This document shows, in pieces, positions 48,418 to 57,484 of a stretch of 64,000 nt of DNA; the stretch's first letter is position 1, and each line of letters starts with the position of its first letter. A model generated the notes under the pieces. The model worked only from the letters and a program-made list of their open reading frames with translations. It had not been told where the DNA came from and made no database searches. Origin of the DNA: Eubacteriales bacterium (GTDB lineage: Bacteria > Bacillota > Clostridia > Oscillospirales > CAG-272); the NCBI GenBank assembly GCA_045535095.1, contig JAZSKY010000042.1, forward strand, positions 23,668 through 87,667, written 5' to 3'. The translations under genes were made by a program, and so were the position numbers.

Positions 48418-50064
48418 TTACTTGATCTTTATCATCGAAGCGTCCCACATATCAGGAGCTTCATAACCGAGCATATTTACCGTAGTTGCGGCAACGTTGG
48501 AAAGTCCGTACGCGCCCTCGACTACCTCGTAAGCATCTGCGGTGAAGTTGTCGTATATTACGCAGGGAACGGGATTTAAGGTGTGGCTCGTCTTTGCCTT
48601 AGGCTTTCCGTCGGACGAGCATTTAACTTTGCCGGTCTTCTTGTCGGTCTCGTACATCTCGTCTGCGTTTCCGTGGTCTGCGGTAATGATAGCTGCGCCG
48701 CATACCTCGTCGATAACCGGAAGAAGTCTTGCGAGCTGAAGGTCAAGCGCCTCTACCGAGATCTTGGTAGCGTCCATATTTCCGGTGTGTCCAACCATAT
48801 CTCCGTTGGGGAAGTTTACACGAATATACTTGTACTTTTCGCTACGGATAAGCTCGATGAGCTTGTCGGTGATCTCAGCACACTTCATCCAAGGTCTCTG
48901 CTCAAAGGGAATAACGTCCGAGGGAATCTCGATAAAGGTCTCAAGCTCCTCGTCAAACTTTCCGCTTCTGTTTCCGTTCCAGAAATAAGTAACGTGTCCG
49001 TACTTCTGAGTCTCGGAGATAGCCGCCGAATAAATGCCGCATCCCACGAGATACTCGCTCATCGTGTTCGAGATCTCAGGGGGAGCAACGAGATAGTTCT
49101 TCGGAATGTGGAGGTCGCCGTCGTACTCAAGCATACCTGCATACATTACCTTAGGATATCTTACTCTGTCAAACTTGTCAAACTCCTCCGCGTCGAACGC
49201 CTTCGAGATCTCGATAGCGCGGTCGCCTCTGAAGTTGTAGAATATAACGCTGTCGCCGTCCTCAACAGTGCCGACAGGAGCGCCGTTTTCTGCGATAACG
49301 AAGGGGAGAATATCCTGGTCGATAGCGCCGGTTTCCTTTCTGAGGGTGGTGATAGCCTCCTCAGCCGATGCGAAAAATCTTCCGTTTCCGAGAACGTGGG
49401 TGTTCCAGCCGCGCTCTACCATAGACCAGTCGGACTCGTAGCGGTCCATCGTGATGCTCATTCTTCCGCCGCCCGATGCGATCTTTGCGTCGAATGTGCC
49501 GTCGTTAAGAGAAGCAAGGAATGCTTCAAAGGGGATAACGTAGTCAAGAGCCGAGGTCTCGCCAACGTCACGTCCGTCGAGAAGAATGTGGATTCGTACC
49601 TTGGAAAGTCCGTCCTCCTTCGCCTTCTCGATCATAGCCTTGAGGTGATCGATGTGCGAGTGAACGTTTCCGTCAGAGAAAAGACCGATAAAGTGAAGCG
49701 CTCCGCCGTTTTCCTTTGCGTTCTTGACGAGACTCTGCCAAGTATCGGAAGCGAACATCTTTCCGCTTTCGATAGAATTGGAAACGAGCTTTGCGCCCTG
49801 AGCGAATACCTGACCTGCGCCGAGTGCGTTGTGTCCAACCTCGGAGTTGCCCATATCGTCGTCAGAGGGGAGACCTACTGCCGTTCCGTGAGCCTTGAGC
49901 GAGAGAGTCGGGTACTTCGACATAAGCATATCGAGAGTGGGGGTGTTTGCCTTTTTAACCGCGTTTTCTTCACCGTCAGAGCCAAAGCCGATGCCGTCCA
50001 TAACGATAGTTACGAGCGGTCCCTTGACTCCCTGAAACTGTGCCGATTTTTTAAGTGATGCCAT
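48418..50064 (-). CDS. gpmI: 2,3-bisphosphoglycerate-independent phosphoglycerate mutase
   Basis: iPGM motifs are present (IVMDGIGFG, GNSEVGHNALGAG, ITADHGNA). The start was trimmed to ATG 50064, which has a GGAGGAA RBS. Confidence 0.92.
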   Translation of the reverse strand: MASLKKSAQFQGVKGPLVTIVMDGIGFGSDGEENAVKKANTPTLDMLMSKYPTLSLKAHGTAVGLPSDDDMGNSEVGHNALGAGQVFAQGAKLVSNSIESGKMFASDTWQSLVKNAKENGGALHFIGLFSDGNVHSHIDHLKAMIEKAKEDGLSKVRIHILLDGRDVGETSALDYVIPFEAFLASLNDGTFDAKIASGGGRMSITMDRYESDWSMVERGWNTHVLGNGRFFASAEEAITTLRKETGAIDQDILPFVIAENGAPVGTVEDGDSVIFYNFRGDRAIEISKAFDAEEFDKFDRVRYPKVMYAGMLEYDGDLHIPKNYLVAPPEISNTMSEYLVGCGIYSAAISETQKYGHVTYFWNGNRSGKFDEELETFIEIPSDVIPFEQRPWMKCAEITDKLIELIRSEKYKYIRVNFPNGDMVGHTGNMDATKISVEALDLQLARLLPVIDEVCGAAIITADHGNADEMYETDKKTGKVKCSSDGKPKAKTSHTLNPVPCVIYDNFTADAYEVVEGAYGLSNVAATTVNMLGYEAPDMWDASMIKIK

Positions 50065-50268
50065 AATTTGCGTTTCCTCCGTAGAATAAATCAAAACATT
50101 ACATAGTAGTATAACTCAAAAATGTGAATAAATCTTTAAGATAGAGCCGATTATCGCAAAAAAATGACACATTTTTTAAGTTTTATTAAAAATCCCTTGA
50201 AAAATCCTTATCTATGTGTTATTATATAATTCAATTCTTATGCGAAATAGCTTGAAAGGAATTAAACT

Positions 50269-51120
50269 GTGTTTAAGCTTTTAAATAAAGAGTACCTTAG
50301 TGAGTCTATCGTGAAGGCGGAGATCGAAGCTCCTGCCGTCAGCGCAAAAATAGGACCGGGTCAGTTCGTTATAATCCGCTCCCACGAAAAAGGCGAGCGT
50401 ATTCCTCTGACCGTTGCCGATTTCGACAGAGAAAAGGGAACTGTAACTATAATTTTCCAGACGGTCGGTGCATCGACAAAGCTTCTCGCCACCGTTGAGG
50501 CAGGAGAATATCTGCTTGACGTTGTCGGACCGCTTGGCAATAAGACCGAGCTTGACGGCGCAAAAAAGGTTGCCGTAATAGGCGGCGGACTCGGATGCGC
50601 TATCGCATATCCGCAGGCGAAATATCTCCATAACAGCGGCGCAAAAGTCGATATTATCGCAGGATTTCGCTCGCAGGATCTCATTATCCTCGAGGACGAT
50701 ATGAAGAAGGTCTCCGACAGTCTCACCATCCTCACCGACGACGGCTCGAACGGAAACCGAGGTCTCGTCACAGACGGACTGAAGAGCAATATTGAAAACG
50801 GCGCAGAGTACGATCTCGTTATCGCGATCGGACCGCCGATGATGATGAAATTCGTCTCTCTCTTAACAAAGGAGCTTGGAATTAAGACGATAGTCAGTAT
50901 GAACCCTATTATGATAGACGGAACGGGAATGTGCGGCGGTTGCCGTCTCACAGTCGGCGGCGAGACTAAATTCGCTTGTATCGACGGCCCTGATTTTGAC
51001 GGACACCTCGTTGATTTTGACGAGCTTATCCGCCGTAACTCGACCTATCGCGCCGAGGAATCGTCCGCTCTTGAAAGGGCGCATAAATGTAACCTCGACA
51101 GATTCGGAGGTGCAAAATAA
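50269..51120 (+). CDS. nfnA: NfnA-like ferredoxin-NADP+ oxidoreductase small subunit (FAD/NAD-binding with C-terminal 2Fe-2S)
   Basis: 283 aa. The C-terminal CGGCRLTVGGETKFACIDGPDF is typical of the family. GTG start. Confidence 0.8.
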   Translation: MFKLLNKEYLSESIVKAEIEAPAVSAKIGPGQFVIIRSHEKGERIPLTVADFDREKGTVTIIFQTVGASTKLLATVEAGEYLLDVVGPLGNKTELDGAKKVAVIGGGLGCAIAYPQAKYLHNSGAKVDIIAGFRSQDLIILEDDMKKVSDSLTILTDDGSNGNRGLVTDGLKSNIENGAEYDLVIAIGPPMMMKFVSLLTKELGIKTIVSMNPIMIDGTGMCGGCRLTVGGETKFACIDGPDFDGHLVDFDELIRRNSTYRAEESSALERAHKCNLDRFGGAK

Positions 51121-52517
51121 TGGCAAATATGCAGCTTTGTAAGACTCAGATGCCCGAGCAGGAGGCGCTCGTCAGAAATAAAAACTGGCAGGAGGTCGCG
51201 CTCGGTTATAGCGAGCAGGATGCAGTAAACGAGGCAAAAAGATGCCTTAACTGTAAGAATATGCCTTGCGTCAGCGGATGTCCTGTCGGCGTAAAGATAC
51301 CCGAATTTATAAAAAAGGTTGCCGAGGGCGACTTTGAGGGCGCGTACCTTAAAATCAAGGAAACGAACTCTCTCCCTGCGGTCTGCGGCAGAGTTTGTCC
51401 GCAGGAAAACCAGTGCGAAAAGAACTGCGTCCGCGCAGTCAAGGGCGAGAGCGTAGGCATCGGTCGCCTTGAAAGATTCGTTGCCGATTATCATAACTCG
51501 CACGCGAAGGGCTCTGATGCTGTGAGCGTAAAAATCCCCACAGATGCGCCGAAAATCGCGGTAGTAGGATCCGGTCCCGCGGGACTTTCGTGCGCAGGAG
51601 ATCTCGTGAAAATGGGATATAACGTCACCGTTTTTGAGGCACTTCATAAAGCGGGCGGCGTGCTTTCCTACGGAATCCCCGAATTCCGTCTCCCTAAGGA
51701 CATAGTTGATAAAGAGGTAGAATCTCTTGAAAAAATGGGCGCAAATATATGCCTCGATACCATAATCGGACGTACCTTTACAGTTGACGAGCTCTTTGCA
51801 GACGGCTACAAGGCGGTCTTTATCGCAAGCGGAGCAGGACTTCCGAGCTTTATGAATATCCCGGGAGAAAACTCGAACGGAGTATATTCGGCAAACGAAT
51901 TTCTCACGCGAATCAACCTTATGAAGGCGTATAGAGAGGACTATCTCACTCCCGTAAAATGCGGCAAAAACGTAGCGGTAGTCGGCGGAGGAAACGTTGC
52001 GATGGACGCGGCAAGATGCGCGAAGCGTCTCGGCGCAGAGAACGTTTATATCGTGTATAGACGAAGCGAGGCGGAAATGCCCGCAAGAAACGAGGAGATA
52101 CACCACGCAAAGCAGGAAGAGGTAATCTTCAAGACCCTCACAAATCCGATCAGAATAAACGCAGACGAAAGGGGTAACGTCCTCTCGATGACCTGCGTTA
52201 AAATGGAGCTTGGCGAGCCTGATGCAAGCGGCAGACGCCGTCCGACCGAGATACCCGACTCCGAGTTTGATATCGAGCTCGATACCGTCATAATTTCGGT
52301 AGGAACGTCCCCGAATCCGCTTATCCGTATGACGACGGACGGTCTTGAAACCAACAAAAAGGGTTGTATCATCACCTCTGACGGAGTAACCACCACAAAA
52401 AGCGGCGTTTTCGCAGGCGGAGACGCTGTCACGGGTGCGGCAACCGTAATACTCGCAATGGGCGCAGGCAGAGAAGCCGCCGCGGCTATTGATAAGTATA
52501 TAAAGGAAAATAAATAA
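51120..52517 (+). CDS. nfnB: NfnB / homotetrameric-type glutamate synthase (NADPH) subunit
   Basis: Contains CLNCKNMPC...CPV...CGRVCPQENQCEKNC, then VVGSGPAGLSCA and VVGGGNVAMD. Confidence 0.85.
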   Translation: MANMQLCKTQMPEQEALVRNKNWQEVALGYSEQDAVNEAKRCLNCKNMPCVSGCPVGVKIPEFIKKVAEGDFEGAYLKIKETNSLPAVCGRVCPQENQCEKNCVRAVKGESVGIGRLERFVADYHNSHAKGSDAVSVKIPTDAPKIAVVGSGPAGLSCAGDLVKMGYNVTVFEALHKAGGVLSYGIPEFRLPKDIVDKEVESLEKMGANICLDTIIGRTFTVDELFADGYKAVFIASGAGLPSFMNIPGENSNGVYSANEFLTRINLMKAYREDYLTPVKCGKNVAVVGGGNVAMDAARCAKRLGAENVYIVYRRSEAEMPARNEEIHHAKQEEVIFKTLTNPIRINADERGNVLSMTCVKMELGEPDASGRRRPTEIPDSEFDIELDTVIISVGTSPNPLIRMTTDGLETNKKGCIITSDGVTTTKSGVFAGGDAVTGAATVILAMGAGREAAAAIDKYIKENK

Positions 52518-52519
52518 GG

Positions 52520-52549
52520 AAAAGTCCGACGAAAGGTCGGACTTTTTTG
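52520..52549 (+). terminator. nfnB terminator
   Basis: Stem aagtccgac / gtcggactt with loop gaaag, followed by a T-run. Confidence 0.85.
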
Positions 52550-52625
52550 TGTCAAATAGGGCGGCACACAATATACTGACTGTGAGACGAAAAAACAAAG
52601 GAAAGTAAACTCATAGGAGGATAAA

Positions 52626-53408
52626 ATGATCGCCCAGCTTTTAAAAGGAATTCTTCTGCCGCTTCTGGGTACAACACTCGGTGCGGCCTGCGTATTTTTT
52701 ATGAAAAGGGAAATGAGCCTTCGCGTCAGAAGCGCACTTATCGGATTTGCCGCAGGCGTTATGATAGCCGCCTCGGTGTGGAGTCTTATCATACCGTCGA
52801 TCGAGGCGTCGGAATCGTACGGACGTTTTTCCTTTTTTCCTGCAACGGTGGGATTTTGGGCAGGAATAGGATTTCTCGTTCTGCTCGATCATACAGTACC
52901 TCATCTCCACCTTGGCAGTATGCAGAAGGAGGGGCTTCGTACCACCCTCGGCAAGAACGCAATGCTCGTTTTTACAGTCTCCCTTCACAATATCCCGGAG
53001 GGTATGGCGGTGGGTGCGGTATATGCAGGACTCCTTGACGGCGACGCAGGCGTGACCCTTGGCGGAGCGCTGATACTCTCGCTCGGTATAGCAGTGCAAA
53101 ATTTCCCGGAGGGAGCAATAATTTCAATGCCTCTTGCAAGTAGCGGCGCACGAAAGAGAAGTGCCTTTCTTTGCGGATTTGCCTCCGGTGTTGCCGAGCC
53201 TGTTGCCGCCTGTCTGACGGTCCTTCTGTACGAATTTCTGATAGGAGCGCTCCCTTATATGCTCGCCTTTGCCGCAGGCGCTATGATATACGTCGTTATT
53301 GAAGAGCTCGTCCCCGAAATATCCGAGGCTGAAAACTCGGACGTCGGAACACTCTTTTTCGCAGTAGGCTTTTCGCTTATGATGATACTCGATGTCGCGC
53401 TCTCCTGA
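52626..53408 (+). CDS. ZIP family metal transporter
   Basis: Contains HNIPEGMAVG and QNFPEGAIIS. Polytopic. Confidence 0.88.
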   Translation: MIAQLLKGILLPLLGTTLGAACVFFMKREMSLRVRSALIGFAAGVMIAASVWSLIIPSIEASESYGRFSFFPATVGFWAGIGFLVLLDHTVPHLHLGSMQKEGLRTTLGKNAMLVFTVSLHNIPEGMAVGAVYAGLLDGDAGVTLGGALILSLGIAVQNFPEGAIISMPLASSGARKRSAFLCGFASGVAEPVAACLTVLLYEFLIGALPYMLAFAAGAMIYVVIEELVPEISEAENSDVGTLFFAVGFSLMMILDVALS

Positions 53409-53480
53409 AATTTACTCAACACTTGACTTTTTCCTGCTTTTATGTTGTAGTTTACCCAAGTAAAATAAAAGGGGAAAACT

Positions 53481-55112
53481 ATGTCGGTAAAGAAAAACTT
53501 AACGCGCACTGTATCGCTTGTCCTTGTTGTAGCGTCTCTTCTTATGCTCTGTACGGGAATCGTCCACGCAGACGAAAGAGAGGGCATCACCGTAAAAAGT
53601 GCGTGGAAGAAGGTGGACGGAGAGATATATTCGTATGCCGAAGGAAGCTACTATTCAACCTCCAAAATGCCAAATAATATAGCTACCCTTGAGGCGTGGA
53701 TATATATCCCCAAAAGCAATTATTCGTTCGACTGCGGAGTTTATTTCGGTAACTACGCAGGACTTGATAATGATGCGTACGTCACCTACGAGGTGCTCAA
53801 AAACGGAGTTCCTTGCCTGACCTTCGGTGATACCGATAAAACAGTAAACAGCTATCCGTTTACAGATGCGGTAATACCTGCCGATACGTGGACGCACGTT
53901 ACGGTCGTTTACGGAGCAGGAAGAAATTATAAGGATATCTACTGCTACATAAACGGGGAGAGAAAGCACACCTATACAGATGATTCGTGGGCTACGATGC
54001 AGAAAACGGTAATTGATAACTATTTCTCGATAGCGGGTGACTCGCGTTCTCTCAATACGGCTCATTTCACAGGATCGCTCGGTGATATCGCGGTCTATAA
54101 GGACGTAAGAACCGATGCGTATATAAAGAATGATATGACCTCGCCCAACTACAAGGATAAGTCGCTTATGGCGTATTATCCTCTCTTTGAATGTGAAAAT
54201 AAGCAGAACGTTCCCGATGCGCAGTGGAAGATCGCCAAGGCGCAGACCGATAGACTTGACGGAATAGTTCCTTATACGGTAATGCGCGGAAATCACGATA
54301 CCACGTATAACGAGGGCGCGGAAATATTTGACGAGCTTTACTCGGTAAAGGACGGGTATTATTATAATTTCGTCAAGGAGAACGGTGGATTTTACGACGA
54401 AAATTCGGTCAAAAACGTTTATTTGCTCTTCAGTGTCGGAAACGTTGACTATATGATACTCAGCCTCGACTTCGGCGCGAGCGGTGATATAGTTCTTTGG
54501 GCAAACAGACTGCTTAAACAGTATCCTGACAGAAGGGTAATAATCACAACTCACGCATATCTCTACGTTGACGGAACGACTCTCTCCACCGGTGACGCGG
54601 GAGATCCGAACAAATATGAGCATTATCTTGATGCAGACTACGTCAACGGAGACGAGCTTTGGGGTAATCTTGTGTATAATAATCCCAACGTTGCAATGCT
54701 AGCGTGCGGACACATGCATTCAGACGCAGTACTCGTTACCGAGGCAGAGGGATACGCGAAAAACACTGTGTATCAGGTCCTCGTTGACGCGCAGACCACA
54801 GACTCAAATCTTGATGGCGCAGGACTCGTTGCGATGATGTACTTCACCGAAAATGGCGAATTTGCGACGTTTGAATATTATTCTCCCGTCTTTGAAGCCT
54901 ATTTCTGTGCCGAGAGATGTGCAGGAGTGCTTCAGTTTCCGACGCCTAAGGAGGAAATCACAGATGCCCCTGCGGCAAGCCCTGACGTTGACAGCGAAAA
55001 TAATCAGTATATGACTCTGATCCTTTTGTCGTCTGCCGTACTCGTTGTTTGTGCAGCGACACTTGGCACAATTTTCGCGGTAAAGAGCGGAAAAAAGAAA
55101 AAGAAAATATGA
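53481..55112 (+). CDS. Secreted, C-terminally anchored protein with a LamG-like lectin domain and a calcineurin-like metallophosphoesterase domain
   Basis: Signal peptide, the metallophosphatase motifs GNHD and GHMH, and a C-terminal TM segment with a KKKKK tail. The LamG assignment is weaker. Confidence 0.65.
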   Translation: MSVKKNLTRTVSLVLVVASLLMLCTGIVHADEREGITVKSAWKKVDGEIYSYAEGSYYSTSKMPNNIATLEAWIYIPKSNYSFDCGVYFGNYAGLDNDAYVTYEVLKNGVPCLTFGDTDKTVNSYPFTDAVIPADTWTHVTVVYGAGRNYKDIYCYINGERKHTYTDDSWATMQKTVIDNYFSIAGDSRSLNTAHFTGSLGDIAVYKDVRTDAYIKNDMTSPNYKDKSLMAYYPLFECENKQNVPDAQWKIAKAQTDRLDGIVPYTVMRGNHDTTYNEGAEIFDELYSVKDGYYYNFVKENGGFYDENSVKNVYLLFSVGNVDYMILSLDFGASGDIVLWANRLLKQYPDRRVIITTHAYLYVDGTTLSTGDAGDPNKYEHYLDADYVNGDELWGNLVYNNPNVAMLACGHMHSDAVLVTEAEGYAKNTVYQVLVDAQTTDSNLDGAGLVAMMYFTENGEFATFEYYSPVFEAYFCAERCAGVLQFPTPKEEITDAPAASPDVDSENNQYMTLILLSSAVLVVCAATLGTIFAVKSGKKKKKI

Positions 55113-55142
55113 AAAAATACCGCCGTTTCGGCGGTATTTTTG
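55112..55142 (+). terminator. Terminator
   Basis: Stem ataccgccg / cggcggtat with loop tttc, followed by a T-run. Confidence 0.85.
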
Positions 55143-55202
55143 ATAAATTCTCCGTCATACGCGAAAAGAAAACAAAAAACGAAAAAATATTTCATTTTGC
55201 TA

Positions 55203-55231
55203 TTGACAAGCGCACTTTTTTGTGATATAAT
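55203..55231 (+). promoter_or_regulatory. Consensus promoter of tRNA-His
   Basis: TTGACA (55203-55208), a 17-nt spacer, then an extended -10 TGaTATAAT (-10 at 55226-55231). Confidence 0.8.
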
Positions 55232-55261
55232 CGCAACGTTGACTGCGAAAGCAGTTTGTAT

Positions 55262-55336
55262 GGAGGGCGTAGCTCACTTGGTTAGAGCGCCAGGTTGTGG
55301 CCCTGGAGGTAGTGGGTTCGATTCCCATCGCTCTCC
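55262..55336 (+). tRNA. tRNA-His (anticodon GTG) with a genome-encoded G-1
   Basis: Manual cloverleaf. Acceptor gagggcg/cgctctc, D stem gctc/gagc, anticodon stem ccagg/cctgg with loop ttGTGgc, T arm gtggg-ttcgatt-cccat. G-1 pairs with discriminator C73. No CCA is encoded. Confidence 0.92.
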
Positions 55337-55339
55337 CTG

Positions 55340-55387
55340 AAAAACACCGTAGCTCAGGATTGTTCCTGAAGCTACGGTGTTTTTTGT
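55340..55387 (+). terminator. tRNA-His terminator
   Basis: Long stem aacaccgtagctcagga / tcctgaagctacggtgtt followed by a T-run. Confidence 0.85.
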
Positions 55388-55565
55388 TGCTTGATAAGAC
55401 GGTTTTTAAGCGCAAAAAAAGCACTAAATGCTTTGTGCATTTAGTGTTTTCATTTCTGCTTATTTTAATTATATTACAGGAACAGGCGGACATTCAAGGA
55501 CATTTCATAACATTTTTATAATTTAACGATAATTAACAAAATCCTAAAATTTTTCAATTTCTCGG

Positions 55566-55594
55566 TTGACACGGACGAAATATAATGTTATAAT
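55566..55594 (+). promoter_or_regulatory. Transketolase operon promoter
   Basis: TTGACA (55566-55571), a 17-nt spacer, then TATAAT (55589-55594). Confidence 0.7.
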
Positions 55595-55676
55595 ACTAAA
55601 GTATTATAGGTGAAAAATTTTGATTTTGCATTTTAACAGAATTTTATTGCCGAAACAAGCGAAAGGAACAGTAAAA

Positions 55677-56513
55677 ATGACGACAAAAGAACTTGCACTC
55701 ATTGCCGCAAAGGCAAGAAAACTGTGTGTTGAAGCAGTCTTCAACGCAGCATCGGGTCACCCGGGAGGAGCGCTCTCCTCGGCTGATATTATGACCACCC
55801 TCTATTTTGAGAGAATGCGCGTTGATCCTGAAAATCCGAGATGGGCAGACAGAGACCGCTTCGTGCTTTCCAAGGGACATTCCTCGCCCGGACTTTACGG
55901 AGTCCTCGCACTGCGCGGATTTTTCCCCGAGGATGACGTTCGCACCTTCAGAAAGATCGACAGCGATATGTCAGGCCACGCAGAAATGCGCAAGATCAAG
56001 GGAATAGATATGTCCACCGGCTCGCTCGGTCAGGGAATTTCGGCGGCAGTCGGAATGGCAATGGCAGGCAAGCTCGATAAAAAGGACTACCGCGTTTACG
56101 CTCTCCTCGGAGACGGCGAGATCGAAGAGGGTCAGGTATGGGAAGCGATGATGGCGGCAGCAAAATATAAGCTCGACAACCTTTGCGCCTTCGTTGACGT
56201 AAACGGACTCCAGATCGACGGACCTACCTCGGTAGTTATGCCCTCCGAGCCTCTTGACAAAAAGTTCGAGTCGTTCGGATGGAACGTTATCAAGATCGAC
56301 GGACATAATTTCGACGAGATAATTTCTGCGCTTGATAAGGCAGAAGCGTGCAAGGGAATGCCCACTATGATCCTTGCAAAGACCACGAAGGGTAAGGGCG
56401 TATCCTTTATGGAAAACAGCGTTGCATGGCACGGCAAGGCTCCCAATGCGGACGAATTTGCCGTTGCAGTCAGCGATCTCGATAAGATAATTTCTGAACT
56501 GGAGGGAAAGTAA
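55677..56513 (+). CDS. Transketolase, N-terminal subunit
   Basis: Contains SGHPGGALSSADI and GDGEIEEGQVWEA. The start was trimmed to ATG 55677. Confidence 0.92.
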   Translation: MTTKELALIAAKARKLCVEAVFNAASGHPGGALSSADIMTTLYFERMRVDPENPRWADRDRFVLSKGHSSPGLYGVLALRGFFPEDDVRTFRKIDSDMSGHAEMRKIKGIDMSTGSLGQGISAAVGMAMAGKLDKKDYRVYALLGDGEIEEGQVWEAMMAAAKYKLDNLCAFVDVNGLQIDGPTSVVMPSEPLDKKFESFGWNVIKIDGHNFDEIISALDKAEACKGMPTMILAKTTKGKGVSFMENSVAWHGKAPNADEFAVAVSDLDKIISELEGK

Positions 56514-56514
56514 G

Positions 56515-57462
56515 ATGGCAGATAAGATAGCAACCAGAGAAGCGTACGGAAAGGCACTCGTAGCGCTTGCTGAAAAATACCCCAACTACCTCGTGCTTGA
56601 CGCGGACCTCGCAGAGGCAACCAAGACCATCGGCTTTTCGAAGGCATATCCCGACAGATTCTTCGATATGGGAATTGCAGAAGCAAATATGATGGGCGTT
56701 TCGGCAGGACTTGCATCCTGCGGCAAGAAGGTCTTTGCAAACTCGTTTGCTATGTTCTCGGCGGGCAGAGCCTTCGAGCAGGTAAGAAACTCGATAGCAT
56801 ATCCGGGACTCAACGTTACGGTCGTCGGCTCTCACGGCGGACTTTCTGTCGGTGAGGACGGCGCCACCCACCAGTGCTGCGAGGATATCGCTCTTATGCG
56901 TACTCTCCCCGGAATGACCGTTATCGTCCCCTGCGACGGAAACGAAATGACTCAGGCGGTAGAGGCACTCCTTAACTATGACGGACCCGCATATCTCCGT
57001 CTCGGACGCCTTGCAATAGACGTTGTCACCGATAGCGTAGAGGGCTATAAGTTCGAGATCGGCAAGGGCGCAACCCTCAGAGAGGGAAGCGACGTTACCG
57101 TTGTTGCAACCGGTATGATGGTACAGATGGCTCTCGAGGCGGCAGAAACGCTCGCAGGTGAGGGAATATCTGTAAGAGTTATCGATATGCACACCATAAA
57201 GCCTCTTGACACCGAGATCCTTCTCAAGGCTGCCAAAGAGACGGGCGCTATCGTTACCACCGAGGAGCATACCGTTATCGGCGGACTCGGCGCGGCGGTT
57301 TGCGAATATATTTCGGGAGCTTGCCCCGTACCCGTTATTCGTCACGGCGTAAACGATGAATTCGGACGCTCGGGCAAGGCTCAGCTTGTCCTTGAAAAGT
57401 ACGGTCTCACCGCAAGCGAGATCGCAAATAAGTGTCGCGAGGCAATAAAGCTCAAGAAATAA
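56515..57462 (+). CDS. Transketolase, C-terminal subunit
   Basis: Contains FFDMGIAEANMMGVSAGLA and GEDGATHQ. Confidence 0.92.
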   Translation: MADKIATREAYGKALVALAEKYPNYLVLDADLAEATKTIGFSKAYPDRFFDMGIAEANMMGVSAGLASCGKKVFANSFAMFSAGRAFEQVRNSIAYPGLNVTVVGSHGGLSVGEDGATHQCCEDIALMRTLPGMTVIVPCDGNEMTQAVEALLNYDGPAYLRLGRLAIDVVTDSVEGYKFEIGKGATLREGSDVTVVATGMMVQMALEAAETLAGEGISVRVIDMHTIKPLDTEILLKAAKETGAIVTTEEHTVIGGLGAAVCEYISGACPVPVIRHGVNDEFGRSGKAQLVLEKYGLTASEIANKCREAIKLKK

Positions 57463-57484
57463 AAGTGTTTCGGAGGAAGAAACG

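Noticed and set aside
48583-50058. 491-aa plus-strand ORF
   Set aside because: It is antisense to gpmI.
51045-52598. 517-aa minus-strand ORF
   Set aside because: It is antisense to nfnB.
55388-55565. AT-rich 180-bp spacer after tRNA-His with a 10-bp-stem hairpin (cactaaatgc/gcatttagtg, about 55418-55442)
   Set aside because: It looks like an additional bidirectional terminator in a low-complexity spacer. Nothing suggests an RNA gene or a mobile element.
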